From Lama guanicoe (Eukaryota): a DNA stretch of 64,000 bases. Location: positions 14,500,373 through 14,564,372 of the forward strand of contig MU053881.1 of the NCBI GenBank assembly GCA_013239625.1. The letters are read 5' to 3'. Position 1 is the stretch's first letter; every line of letters begins with the position of its first letter. This document shows positions 26,951 to 39,820 of the stretch, piece by piece. The position numbers and the translations under genes are program-made. The notes below the pieces were generated by a model. That model made no database searches. It was not told the DNA's origin and was given only the letters and a program-made list of their open reading frames with translations.

Positions 26951-28194
26951 CTTGTCAGCAATCCCTCCTCCCCTCCCCAACCCTCTGGGAATGAGCAACA
27001 ACCCTTCCTAGAGCGTTGGGGAGGGGGCCCCCATGGCCCTCAGGGTCTAACTCCCTCGCCCACCCAGCCTCCGCCCATTGTCCCCAGTGCGGTAGGGGCC
27101 CCGCCTTACTCTGACCCCAGCAGGGGTTAGTCTCCAGTTGGCAGCTCTGAGCTGACTGGGATTGTACTGGGGGAAGAAGATGGCGTGGTTCAAATCAAGG
27201 AAGATGTTAAGTGCTGGACACACTGGAACATGGTAGGACTCTCCCTAAATAGCTTTCTTTGTGGGGAAATGTAAATCCAAAGAGCTCAAGGAGGCCAAGG
27301 AGGGAAACCAATACACATCAGGAATATTTTAAACTCCCAGGTCCCCATCAGCTTGGGGGGTAAGGTCAGAATTCCCTGCAGGATGGCAGGGACTTGTTGG
27401 TATTTCTGGGGGGGAGGGGACCGAGCCACAGTGACTGGGCATGCTGACACCTGCAGTCATTGTGGGCGGGTGTTCACGATGGCATCTGCTGAACCTGTCT
27501 GGAGTTGGGCCATGCACACTTTCATCTGGGCTGCCCTATGGACCCACCCACTATGTGGTAGGCCCGGACCAGGACATTCCCCAGTGTTACCCAGTAGCCA
27601 CAGGGAGAGTGCCCCTGGCAGGGGGACAGCTGGGAATGACCACAGAACATTCTGAGACCATTCAGGGAGGAGGCTGGGCAGCATTTAGATGGGAGACATG
27701 ACTGGGGCTCAGACAGATGGCAAAACGGCTAGGAATGGGCAGAGTGACCTGCAGGATATCTGAGGATTGGGGCTGTGTGTCTAAGACGAGTAGTGACCCC
27801 TTCCCCAGCCATTTGATGCTCAGGCCAGCTGCCCTGGCCACCTGCTATCCTCTGTGAAGCCTGTTCCTGTCCTTCCCTCAGCCCTGTGGACACTTCTTGG
27901 CTGAGTTCCTGTCACCCGCTTTCCAAGTGTGTTTTGCAGACCCCAAGAGCTTCTGTGCACCATGTCACTATGCTGGGGATCATTTCAGTCAGGGCTGTGT
28001 CAAATCACTCTCACATCCAGTGGCCCGCAGTTCTGACCTGGGACCCTGGCCCAAAGGAGTCCTCTGATGTGCCCCTGGAAGGGAGCAGTCAAGGTCACCT
28101 GGACGTCATCTTGGGGCACAGGAACAAGAGCAACATGAGGCTTTTGATGCAACATGGGCAGCAGCCTGGCACCATCCATGCATGTTAATAGCAG

Positions 28195-28765
28195 GGCACA
28201 ACCCAAGAGAAATGAAAACACGCATTCAAACAAACAAACAAACAAAAATGTACGTGCACACTCACAGCAGCACTACTCACAATAACCACAAGGGGGAAGC
28301 AACACAGAGCCCATCAATGGATGAATGGATAAATGTGGTCCATCCATCATCCAACAGAACATTATTTTGCCACAAAAAAGGAATGAAGAACTGATAGGAG
28401 CTAAACATGGAAAAACACAAGCTACAATATGGAAAAGATGTTAGTCTCAGTGAAAGAAGCCAAACACAAAATGACATGTTATGTGATTCCATTTATATGA
28501 AATGCCCAGAACAGTCACATCCATAGAAACAGAAAGTAGATTAGTGTGTGTGGGGAGGCGGGGGGGCACTGGTGGAGGGGAATGGGGAGTGACTACTAAT
28601 GGAGATAGGGTCTCCTTTTGGGGTGATGAAAACGCTCTGGAACTAGACAGAAGTGCTGGTTGTACATGGTGAATGTATTTAATGCCACTGAATTATAAAT
28701 ATTAAATGTTAATTTTACATTACGTGACTTTCACTTCAAAAAGGAAAAAGCAAAAACAAAACTGA
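28195..28765 (+). mobile_element. Old L1 3' end (L1MB-like)
   Basis: GATGAATGGATAAA, GTGATTCCATTTATATGAAAT, TTTTGGGGTGATGAAAA, A-rich tail. Confidence 0.8.
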
Positions 28766-29084
28766 AAAAAACCCACATGAATGCTGGCCCATGTGTTTTC
28801 TAAGAATACAGGGACTAGGACACCAGGCGCGTGAGGAAGACTGTCTGGTGAGACAACGCCGTGGGCCTGTGTGCAATGTCTCGGGGTTCCCTCCCCTCTG
28901 GGCAGGGCTGGACTGAGGCATATCACCATCAGAGAGGAAGAAGATTCAGGTTTCCATTAGCTCAGGCAGTCCAGCATAGGGGGCTCTGTATCCTCACGCC
29001 CTGTAGGTTAGAGCAGAAGTCCCTGCGGCCCTGCTGGGTGGGTGGGGAAGGTCAGAGTCCCTGGGGCAGCACATGTGAGGGGTA

Positions 29085-29135
29085 GACAGCACAACAAAGA
29101 CACCGTGAGTGATGGCTCCTGCAAGTTATTTTACT
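29085..29135 (-). terminator. MAU2: Probable MAU2 distal polyadenylation site: AGTAAA variant hexamer plus downstream GU-rich element
   Basis: Minus strand reads AGAGTAAAATAAC...CCATCACTCACGGTGTCTTTGTTGTGCTGTC; the AT-rich UTR-like sequence ends here. A canonical AATAAA is at 29679-29684. Confidence 0.55.
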
Positions 29136-31942
29136 CTGAATATATAGCAAAAGAAATCTACAAACGAGAAGCTATGTTCTATGGTTATATCTTTTAAACA
29201 AGGTTTTATATTTACAATTTTTTTTCCTGATTAAAAGCACCAGCTGAAGTTACAGGCTGCTAAAAACAGAAGATATTACAACAAATGCATTAAAAGACAT
29301 TATGCCAAACATACTTAAAACTCTTTTAAGGATAAACAAAGACAACGCAACCAATGTATTTACCTACTGTGCCAGGCAGCCCTTTCTGATTTCCCTGCCT
29401 GCGTTCCCAGTTAGTGGGATGGGGAGTGCTTACCCCAAGGAGAGGACCCTTGCCTCTCCCATCGGTGACTGTGGTGACCCAACTGGGGGGAGGCAGCTAT
29501 GTGTCAGGTGCCTCCTGGATCAGTGTTCCCAGACCCAGAGGCCCTGAGGGCCACCACTGCTGATAAGAGGAAGTGGGAGAAGCACACAAGGGGTCTGACC
29601 AGCTTTCAGTAATTTACCTGCCAACAGGAATCTTTCTGCTACTCCCTCAGAACCCTGTATGCTGAAGGATCTGGAGCTTTTATTTATGTTTTCTTCTTAA
29701 CACTTAGCTATATAGCATTAGGTGTAATGTCTCCTTGGGGGCTTGCTTGCTGCCTGTCTTCAATTCTTACGATTGAGAAACTGTGAGGCACTGAATTTGG
29801 ACTCACAGGAAGGTATTTATGACAGCTTTATGTAATTGAAAGGTGCTGCAGCGAAGCGGAGGTTCAAAGCTCACACATGCACACATGCCCGTACATGCGG
29901 TTTGGCTGCCATAAATCTAGAGTGGAATATTAAATATTGAGTACTGAATTTTTAACTGTAAACTTAAGAACTTACCTTTAACTTTACATATACATAGATA
30001 ACAGAGTGGTCACTAAAAGCACTTAAACATCAGGACAGACGTTAAGTTTTGAGGTTCTTAACGTCAACAGCTCTACGTACAAAATGCCCTAAAAGCAAAG
30101 AAAGGCTTAAATAAATACGCAGAGACAAACATGATGTAAAGTGTGATCGAAGAAACGTGGGTCGGAAGAGGTCGGACTGTGTGGGGTCTGGGCCTGCAGA
30201 TGTAGTTGTAGTGAGACTGGGGCTCTGTCCCTTGGGTGGAGGAGAGGACCTGAGGGGCACCCTCGAGCGGGGAGGAAGACAGGATGGGGACAGCTTGTGG
30301 TCAGGTGTCACACCCTCCTTTGCAGGCCTCAAAGGCCCACGGGTGTCATCGAGGGGGCAGCCGCATGGAGCATGGGACAGCGCCAGGCTCTTTTGGGTGA
30401 CCCAGGATGACACAGAGAGGGCAAGTCCTCTTAGGACTAGACTCAGCCAGCTGTCCCTTCAACTGGTGGTTCACTTGTGTGCCTGTTGCTGGCCCCCAAG
30501 TGAGTAGCATAGCCCCGATGCAGGCATGGTGAGGGCAGTGGCCCAGGGCAGGGAGGCCTGCTGAAAGCCCTGCCTGTGGCTAAGGCACACCCAGGCCTCA
30601 GGGCCCAAGCAGCTGACCTGAGCTATCCCAACATTCCTTCCATCACAGACACTGAGGCTTCGAGAGGCAGCCCTCACAGTGCTGAGTAATGAGACTTGAA
30701 CCAACAAACAGCCCTGACTACCAAAACCACTCACCATCCCTCAGCGGGGAGATGCTCCCAGGAGCCAGAAGCTAAAGGGGGCCTTAACTGCCTCCAATGC
30801 CACCATCACCTGGGATACCTCCTCAACTATCCAAGAGGAATACAGAACCAAGAACCACTGACTGGGCCTGGCAGAGCCTCCTGGGGTCCAGCTCAAGAAG
30901 AGGTTTCAATGCTGCCCTGAGACCAGGGCAGGGAAGTCTCCTCCTCCTTCTCCCTGAAAGCAGGGCAGGGGGCCAAGGAAGCTGCTGCCTGCAGGCTGGC
31001 GGAGCTTCAGGCATCTGCAAATGTTCTCTGCAAAGGAGGCTGCAGAGCTGACAGAAAGCAAGCCCCTTTGATCTGGCACCCTGAGTTGGGCTAAGGAAGG
31101 TCCTCTCCCTCTCCCCTGATTCCTGCCCCACATTATGGACACTGACAGGGGAAGGCAGCTGGTGCAAACACAGGCTCCAACTCTGTGAATTACCTCACAC
31201 ATACACACGCACGCACTCACATGCACACCCCATACAAGCACATGCACCCCCATGGCTGGACAGTGAATCCAGTCAAGATGCAGATGTTTGGAAGCCAAGT
31301 TCCTGGGTCCCCCAGGGCCCTTAACCAGAGGCCCCAGCTCTCAGAAGGATGGACACTGGAGAGAAAGGCAAGCTGGGAAAAGCACTGTTGTGAGACACGC
31401 ATTTTTTGCGCAATTTCTTCTTCCCTCTAATTTTGGGACAGAAACTGGTGTCTTGCCTTTGGGCACTGTAAGCTGCCATGAGCAAACCCTCTAGCCCAGC
31501 ATAGAGGTCTAGGCGATGGAAGTTGTGGTGATACCCTGGGGGCACCAACTGTCTCAGCACGCAGGATCAGGACCTGGCCAGTGGCTGGCACCTCACTCCC
31601 CACCCAGAAACACTCCCTCGAAGATGACTCAGATGTAAAAGCAGGATGGGCAGTTCAAGTCCACTCTGAAGGATGGCTCTGCAAAGTCGACTCCAACATC
31701 CCACCTGCAAGCCTTGCATCCTGGTACGTGGCAAGAATGGCCAGCAGGCCCTTCCTGGGAGGACAGGAATCAGCCCTCTGCACTCCCCAGGGACTTGGAA
31801 GCTCTGGAGACAGTCAAGAAAGAAGCCTGGGGATGGTCACGCCAGCACGCCTCCAAGGAAAGCTCAACTGCTGTCTGGGTGGAAGTCAGGGACACACCAG
31901 GTCCCACGGAGGCCCCGAGAAGCTGAGTGGCCTCCAGGGGCC

Positions 31943-32017
31943 TCACAGGAGGCTGGCCAGGCTGGTGTTGGGTCCATTCTGAGCTTGGAACTGCACAGGG
32001 GGCGGGCCGTCTGTCCA
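31943..32017 (-). CDS. MAU2: MAU2 exon 19 coding part (WTDGPPPVQFQAQNGPNTSLASLL*)
   Basis: CTGCAG|TGG...CTG TGA; 75 nt including stop. Confidence 0.96.
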   Translation of the reverse strand, partial: WTDGPPPVQFQAQNGPNTSLASLL

Positions 32018-32383
32018 CTGCAGGAGGGAGAGGACACACAGGTGAGGTCCTTCCTAGAGAGGAGCAGGGGTACGCTGGGCTGCATGTCTGCACCTGGAAT
32101 GCTGCCCTCCTTGGGCTGGTCACCAGCCAGGGCCCTCTGTCTTCCACACTCAAGTCAGATGGGCCCCCAGGAAGCAGCCTGCATCATGTGGTGCCATTTT
32201 GCCCATCCAAGGGGGCTCCTGAGGCCAGGCTAAGTTAGAAATTGTTGGAGAGATGCAAGGAGATGGTCGCCAAGTGTGTACTTCCCACCTCAGCAGCGTG
32301 CCCCCCAGGCTATAGGCCAGGTGAGCTAGCCCCGAGGAGCCAACCAGCACCCCCATTTCATATCCCTCACCCCATGCCCATAC

Positions 32384-32511
32384 CGTGATAAGGTTGTGCT
32401 CAGGGAGGCTGCAGGCCTCGATGTGGTCCTGGAGCAACTGCTGCGAGAAGTTCTGGTGCATCTGGGCGGCTTCGTGGGCATCCATGGCATTCCCACAGGC
32501 CTTGTTCAGGT
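32384..32511 (-). CDS. MAU2: MAU2 exon 18 (DLNKACGNAM...PEHNLIT)
   Basis: 128 nt; CCTCAG|ACCTG...ACG|GTATGG. Confidence 0.96.
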
Positions 32512-33319
32512 CTGAGGGTGGGATACGCGCACAGGATGGGCCTGCTTTGGCCTGCCACCACACCCATGCCCTCCCCTCAGGTATGGGTGGAGTTTTAAGT
32601 CAAACCCCAGCTCCACCAGTGGGTTTCTGTGTGCCTGGAGCATCACCTGTCCTAAGCCCTGTCTCAAGGTCAGCAAAGCCTACTTGCCAGCAGCCCTCAC
32701 ATGTGCCCTCCTATGTTCCTGTGTCGTATGTCCTTGGAGGTGGATGAGCAGCAAGGCCTACAGGGGCAGATTCAAGGGTTGGTGGGGCAGTGAAAGCTGG
32801 CCCTCCCAGAGATCTCTTGGCTATCTCTTGGGCACCCAGGGGCTAGCTGGAAGCAAGGCACCCAATGCTCATTTATGAGGCAGGATGACTGCAGATGTGA
32901 GCAACCTGTCTTCTACCTCCTCTCCAGGGCTCTGGTTATGTCTCTGGACCTTAGTTTCACAATCTGTAAATGGGGGAGCAGCAGTAACAACAGTGACACC
33001 TGGTGGTGCTCTCCCTGTACCAAGAACATCCTTCCATTCATGGGAAGGAAACTGAGGCCAAGCACCATGGCTCACAGCCCAAGTCTTCACCCACATGCCA
33101 AGGACCAGCCCTGTGGGTCCCAGAGAGACTGAATCAGACCCTGTGTTGATCTCACTACATGAATGAGCCTACTGTCCTCAAACAGGGCCTCCTGAGAAGC
33201 CTGAGAATGTGCTAGAACTGGGGCTGTGGCCTGCAGAGGTCCAGTCTGAAGCAGAGGCGAGCGGGGCTTACCCAGCATCTTCTATCCTTAGGCTCTGCCC
33301 AGAAGTCCTGATCTCTTAC

Positions 33320-33410
33320 CTCTTAGCAGGGCTGATGACCACAGCTGCACCGACATGTCTGGGATCTTGCTGGCCAGCTGCATGGCTGGCACCACCATGT
33401 TGTTACTTTC
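33320..33410 (-). CDS. MAU2: MAU2 exon 17 ([10 protein letters not shown]...SSALLR)
   Basis: 91 nt; GACAG|GAA...AGAG|GTAAG. Confidence 0.96.
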
Positions 33411-36086
33411 CTGTCAATCAAGAGCAGCAGGAGAGTTGGGGGTGGCTGGGGCTGGTGGCAGGGACAGCTTGGGCCCCACCTGTGACCTCCTCCTACAACC
33501 TGGCAAATTTCTACTCCTACTTCAGAGCCTATCTCAAATGGACCCTCTCTGAAGTACTCCTCGACCACCTCGGGGGAAAAATAAACTGCCCCCACTCCTT
33601 GACTCTGCATGTGCCTCCTCACTGGGACACAGCCACAGGCAACTCTATGTGCCTTTGTCTTTCTAACTAGAGAAAAAAGGCACTGGTGGCAGTCAGCTCT
33701 GGACCCATATCAAGAGTCAATTAGAAATACAGATTCAAGGGTCCCAAGGCTGAGAAGAGGCAGCAGTCTATCCTGGTCGGAGTGATAAGGGCTAAATGGA
33801 CAAAAGAGAGAGGCTCCTTTTACATAGGAGCCAGCTCTTGTAGGAAGCCACTTCAGACACATGGGGCTGTGGGGCACCAGGATGTGTTAACCCTCCAACC
33901 CTGACACCACCATGTGACTGCAACAGTGCCACCCCTCTCAGTCCCCAGGATTAGCTGAGTGAGAGCCACTGGGGGCTGTAAACTCCCATCCTTGACCCTA
34001 CAGTGACCAGCAGCATTGCTTTCACTCCATCCAACCTACAGACCACAAACCTGCTGGCCTAAATGTTGGGTTCAGAGAGAACTCCCCATGTGGCAACCCC
34101 ATGCAGCCTGGGGGACACTTATAACAGCCCAGAGACATATAACTCCTTAAAATCAACTCTGGAGGACCCAGGTTCAACACAGCCAGGTTGTCCAGGGTAT
34201 GCCTCCACAGTGACACAAAAGTTCAATGACTTTATGCTGCCCCCTGGCCAGCACCTTGAAGATAAGCTCCAGGTGGGTCTCAGAACTTTTCAAAATTGAA
34301 CCAAACCCTTTCAAGACCTCAGAATGTACAACAGAACAGAAAAAACTACTCTCTTCCTCCAGACCTGGGGCTGGGCCTCGGGAAGCTGCCAGGAGGAAGA
34401 GTCCCCTTTGGCTCTCCCAGGCAGGCTCCCCCATGCCAGTCTGGGGCTGCCCGCACAGAACCTGGTTTCAGAGATTCGTGTGATCCTGACAGGTGGCCTG
34501 CATGAGGCCATCCACAAAACTGGCAATGCCTGTGTATGCTCTGGCCTGGCAGGCCCAGGGCAGGCTGTGTCTGCCCCCAGACCTGGAGTAGTGTGAGGCT
34601 GGGCCTGGACTTGAGGGCTCTTGGTAGCTCCATGTTACCCAACGTGGGCCCAGGCACACAGGGAGCAGTGAAGGTTTCCAAATAAGCTCTGTAATTCGCT
34701 CTGGGACTGCTCCGAACATGAACTGGAAGCCACAGCTGAAGAGCTGTTCTGCCCATACTGCTCCACTGAAGGTGGCTTCTGGAAGCTTCTGAACAAACAA
34801 GACCAAGCCTGGGTCTGCAGTTTGGGGCTATGTGACCTTAATCTCCCCATTCAGAAATGTAATCACAGCCACACACCGACATACAAGGCAGGCAACCTGC
34901 ACTTAGTGGGGCCTCCTGCTGAGACCTCTGTCCCTGTACAACACCCAGTTGCACACTGAGGTCACTGCCTTCCCTGTTGCTCAGTGACTGGGGTGTTCTA
35001 GAAGAAGTGGAGCTACATTCAGAAGGGAGAACCCAGTACTGGTCCTCCTCCTTTCAGGGTGGTGATGACCCCAGAATTCAGGCCACAGCTGCAGGGCATA
35101 TTGCCCTCGCAAATGCCTGTCACACGACTGTGGGGAGGTGGGATGCTCTACGCTCACCAAAAAAAAAACCTCATTCGTTGGAAGTCCTGGGGTTTGATCA
35201 GATGAAATTTTATGGGCCAAGACAAGTGCCCTACATTATCTATCCCATGAAAACAGCTAAAGTGACTTTGACTAAACTATGGAGCTGATATCACTTAAAA
35301 ATTCTCATTGCCATTAAAAAAAAGCTCTGACACAGTGGTGCAGAAAAAGACAAGATACAAGATTATAAAATGGCCTGACAAAACCTATGCATGGGCAGGG
35401 GTGGGCAATGGAAAGAGCTGGGAGACAGAATCATCAAAGATGATTTCCTTTGTGTCTCAGACTTTCTATGATGAACATGACATATTTTATACCGATAAAT
35501 ATTTTCTTAAAAAAATTGAAGACCTTGTGAGGTTGATGGGTTAGAGCAGGCAACAATGTACACACCTAGGTGGGGAGAGTCAGCGTCAACTGATCACACC
35601 AGAGACTAGCTGGTATGGGTGGGGACCAGCTCCAGGGGACACTGTTGGTGAGAGTGACCATATGTGATGGGCAGAGATGGAATCCTTGGGATTGTGGCTG
35701 AGAGGACATACCTCTTCTCGCCCAGGTATTAACACGAAAGGGGAACCTGCTTTTAGCCTTGCCAGCTCTGGGCAGCCTGACCAGCTCTAGCTCCACCGAG
35801 CCCTGGGGTTTTGCTGAACTACTGCCTGTGGCCAACACTGGCCCCATCTGCACAGAGATGCATCCTCCAGGAATCCCAAACTCTCCCAGCCCTGCCTGGC
35901 CAGGCTGTCTGAGCCAGGGTGCCTCTGCCCTGGCTGAGCCTAATGGAACAATGGGGGGCGAGGGGTCGCTGAGATGTGATCATTCCAGGGCACAGAATGG
36001 GAGGCGCTCCACTGCTTGGTGCCCACTCATGCCTCACTAAGCACCACACCAGCTCACTGTCCCTCAGCCTGGCCCTCAATACTCAC

Positions 36087-36198
36087 CCTATGGTTTCCCA
36101 ACACATAGAAGATGTGGCCCAGCAGCACGAGGGAGCAGGCCGTAAGCCGGTTCAGGTCCTCTGCGTTGGACATCTTCAGGGTTTCCCGCAGAAATCGC
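36087..36198 (-). CDS. MAU2: MAU2 exon 16 ([10 protein letters not shown]...YVLGNHR)
   Basis: 112 nt; CACGTAG|GCGA...AGG|GTGAGT. Confidence 0.96.
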
Positions 36199-36411
36199 CT
36201 ACGTGAGAACAGACACTGAGGCCCCATGGGGAGGGCTTCGGGGAGGAAAAGGCAGCAGTGGCCTTGGGGCCCTGAGCAGAGCCTGCCTGGCGAGGGATGG
36301 GAAGCGTGGGGCAGGGGACCTGGGCATGTGCTGTTGGGAGAAGAGAAACACCCAGTGAGCCAGGCCGGGAGGTGCCAGGTATGGGGTTGCCTGCCCTCTC
36401 CCAGTACTCAC

Positions 36412-36489
36412 TTGGCCTCGTTATAGCGTCCCTGGAAGAAGGAGAAGAGCCCACGCACGTAGAAAGCGGCTGCTCGGAGGCAGTGCGAG
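36412..36489 (-). CDS. MAU2: MAU2 exon 15 (SHCLRAAAFY...GRYNEAK)
   Basis: 78 nt; CCTCAG|CTCG...GCCAA|GTGAGT. Confidence 0.96.
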
Positions 36490-36690
36490 CTGAGGGGAAA
36501 GCGGAGTGTCACACCTTGGTGGAGTTTTTGTGAAAGCAGCAGATTTACAAATGGGGAGTGGGCAGGGTGTGTGTGAGGCATTGGGGTACATGGGGCAGTC
36601 TGGCGCCCCACGAGTGCTCACATCACCCCAAAGAGGAGAGAAAGCACAAGATAGTTGGTAAAGTGGAACTTGGGGCCTGGAGTCACCTAC

Positions 36691-36740
36691 CTGACAGGGA
36701 AACTGTGGTCTGGATTGATCCTCTCCAACAAACTGTACAG
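36691..36740 (-). CDS. MAU2: MAU2 exon 14 (LYSLLERINPDHSFPVS)
   Basis: 50 nt; CACAG|CTG...GTCAG|GTAGGT. Confidence 0.95.
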
Positions 36741-37800
36741 CTGTGAGAGAAACGTCTGCAAGTTAGGATGATTCCACATTTCTAAACATGAGAGAGTCTG
36801 GCTCCAAATATGCTAGTAAATTGACTAGGGCTGCCTGCAATTTCCTGACCCAATCTCACAGCACGTGCCTTTACCTAAAATCCCCTGCCTGTGAGCAACC
36901 TGCTGGGGAAAGAGGCAGGACCTGCAACAGCGCAGACATTTTAGGTCCTCTTTGGCTGCTGTATGGAGGGAAGGTGGGGGATGAGGGCTGAAGTGGGCTG
37001 AGGCTGCATCCAGTAACCCCTACAGTTTGTTCAGGAGGTGGACACTGGGGTCAGGGCTAGATGCAAGGGAGCCAAACTCCTCTGAGACCCACCAAGGCCA
37101 TACCAGGCCCTCATGACCCTGCCCACTGTGCTTCCTGACTGCTGGAGCAACGGACTGGGCTTTCTGCCCAAAGCATCCAAACCAACCAAGAATCTGGGGG
37201 GTCAGCCAGACTTTTTATAGCCAAGAGATGATAGTGGCCTGAACTAAAAAAATGAAGACAGCGGGGGTAGAGACAAGTGGCCGAATCTGAGATACTCCAG
37301 AGGCAGGATCCCAGGGCTGGAGGGGAATCACAAGGCTAAGGGGATGTTACAAGGGGAACCCTGTGTTAGGGTACTCATCCTGTGAGGCCAAGCTCTAGCC
37401 TACCTCCCCACCTCAGGAGGCTGGGACACCAGACAAACCTAGGAGTCTAGTATAGATAGCTGCCCAAGCTGTTGCTCCTCAGAACTGAGCTATAAGGCCT
37501 CACTAACTTTCTAGAACAGACAGCTCAGGGTAGAACAATTTGTTTTTTTTTCCTGAGGGATTCAACAAAGCTTGGCTGGTTTTCAGTAAGGAGAAGTGTT
37601 AATTGGCTACAGAAATGTTTCTGTCCTAGACTTGAACTCCCCCAGCCACACCTGTGCTCAGACTGCATGGAACCCCTTGTTGGAGGGCAAATACTCTGGG
37701 GTTGTTGAGGTTTGCTGGTGCCCAGGAGAACACCCCCAAAACACCCGCCTCCAAGTAAGAGTTGAAAGAAAGGATACCAAACATGAAGCATGTCACCTAC

Positions 37801-37887
37801 TACCTCTTGGTGTCTATTTCCTTCCCGTATATACACACTCGCCAGGTTGGTCACGATGAAGGCCCACAGCTCCTGGTGATTGGTGAG
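37801..37887 (-). CDS. MAU2: MAU2 exon 13 (LTNHQELWAF...GNRHQE[V]); 87 nt, or 84 nt via a tandem donor
   Basis: TTCCAG|CTC...GAG|GTA|GTAGGT. Confidence 0.93.
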
Positions 37888-38178
37888 CTGGAATGGAGAC
37901 ACAGGGCATTAGGGGGCTGGGCACAGTCAGGTCACCTAGGGGCTGCCTGGTGACATCAGAGCCACCCAAACACTCCAGAGGCTACCTTGGAATCTCCTTA
38001 CTCTTTCCATTCCAAACATACACTCCTTGCCTCCTGAACCCAAGGACAACAAAACTGTTAGTTCTTTTCATTATAAAACCATCATTCACATTATGGGAAA
38101 TTCAGGAAACAGAAAAGCCAGCTGCCTCTAATCCTGCCCTCAGAACACACTATAGTTGGATCTATTCTCTGCTATCTC

Positions 38179-38201
38179 TAAATACTGAGACCTAAAGAAA
38201 G

Positions 38202-38248
<47 letters not shown>

Positions 38249-38260
38249 ATACTGAGACCT
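38179..38260 (+). repeat. (TAAA)n microsatellite flanked by a 15-bp direct repeat
   Basis: TAAATACTGAGACCT at 38179-38193 and 38246-38260. Confidence 0.9.
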
Positions 38261-39324
38261 GGGTGGTTCCCCTCTCCACACCACAGGCGGTGACCCCAGG
38301 ACCTCAGTGTGTGCTGACACACTGGGGGAGGCAAGGAGCCTGCGTGGAAGGAAGCTGAAGCTGGCCAGGAATATTGCCAAAGGCTAATGGGGGACAGATC
38401 ATTGTCTCCAGTTCCTCTGGGGGAACAAAAATGGCCATAAGAGGGACCGATCTGTGTAGCCTGCGCACAGTCCAGACCCTGTGGGGCTGAGTGCTGTCAA
38501 TGGGACTGAGTGTGCACACTTGTACAAGAGGCCGAGGGCGCCTAGGAAGCGTAGATCCCAAGCTGAAGGACCTCAGCAGGTGCCAAGGAGGTCCAGAGGG
38601 TCTTCTGAAGTGAGCAAAGATGCTCTGAGATGTTTGTCACAGGGCCACAGGAAGAGCATGTGTTTGGGGTCATGAGGGGGCTGGGTCTAAGTCCTGGCTG
38701 CATTTCCTCCCAGCCTGTTGGGGAGGACTTGCTAGAGCACACACCATCCGCTGGGAATTTTGATGTTGAACCAAAGCAGCAGCAGCCACTTGTAGGAGGT
38801 GAGATGGGGAAGGAGGCACTAAGAGACCTTCACAGAGCCACGGGCAACATGGGGTGGTCCTGGCACCACTGTAGTGAGCAGCACCAGCTGACTAGGGCCC
38901 AAAGTAGCTGTGACACAAATCAATGCCACCTGGTGGGCTGTTGGGAGGACTGAGAATCCTGAGTGATAGTGGTTGAATCGGCCTGGCCCAAATGGCATCC
39001 CTATTGCCCAATCTCCTCCTGAGCTGCCCTCTTGAGTTAGCTGGGGACACCCCACCCAGGCTGGCCAGGAGCCCCCTTGCTCACAGCTATCCCTCAGCAA
39101 GCTGTGCTGCCCGTGCTGGCCTTGTCTGCATCTGAGCAGTAAAAGGCCTGACCCAGAAAGTCCTGGATGAACGATGCATCACTGTCACAGCCGGCATTAG
39201 GCTGGATGCTGCGGAGTCACCCGCTGACCACGGTTCTGTATGGCCGCTGTCCTCATCACAGACCATGCCCGACTCCTTACTGAGAAGCAACGCCTGCCCC
39301 ATAAAGTGAGGGCCGGCACCTTAC

Positions 39325-39390
39325 CCGCAGGGCTGTGGTGAACTGGGCTTCCGCGTTGTCCATGCAGTTGACAGAGACACAGTACAGGCC
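39325..39390 (-). CDS. MAU2: MAU2 exon 12 (GLYCVSVNCM...FTTALR)
   Basis: 66 nt; TTCCAG|GGC...CGG|GTAAGG. Confidence 0.96.
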
Positions 39391-39742
39391 CTGGAAGAAG
39401 GAGGTGCTGAAGGTTGGGAGCCACGTGCAGCTCGCCTGGGGCCACACAGATGCACCCAAGAGAGCCTGAGACGTGACTCTACTGAGCCAGCTGTATCAGA
39501 GCTTTACCCTGATGAAGAGGAAGAAAGTTGGCATGCTTAATCACTCCTGCCTCCTGGGACCTAAGTCAACTTGGACTTGATGAGATGTTCGTCAGAATGA
39601 AGTCCACTGATAAAGTTCCCAATCCTGCCTGGGGTGGTGATCATAGTTATTCACTGGAAAGATTCAAGATCCTGCCTAGGGTGGTGGTTACGGGGTTATT
39701 CACTGGGATGGGGCTAGGGGCTGGCAGGCCTCACACACTCAC

Positions 39743-39820
39743 CAGCAATGTATGCAGCTGCGCTGCGTGGTTGGAGAAGAGCCGAGGGGATTGCTGGCAC
39801 AGCTGACAGACCTGGGAGAT
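39743..39820 (-). CDS. MAU2: MAU2 exon 11 (ISQVCQLCQQ...QLHTLL)
   Basis: 78 nt; GGCAG|ATC...CTG|GTGAGT. Confidence 0.96.

Noticed and set aside
27457..27684. ADAIVNT peptide resembling a macro-domain motif
   Set aside because: Only about five residues match, a stop follows, and there are no supporting exons. tBLASTn or HMMER would be needed to revive it.
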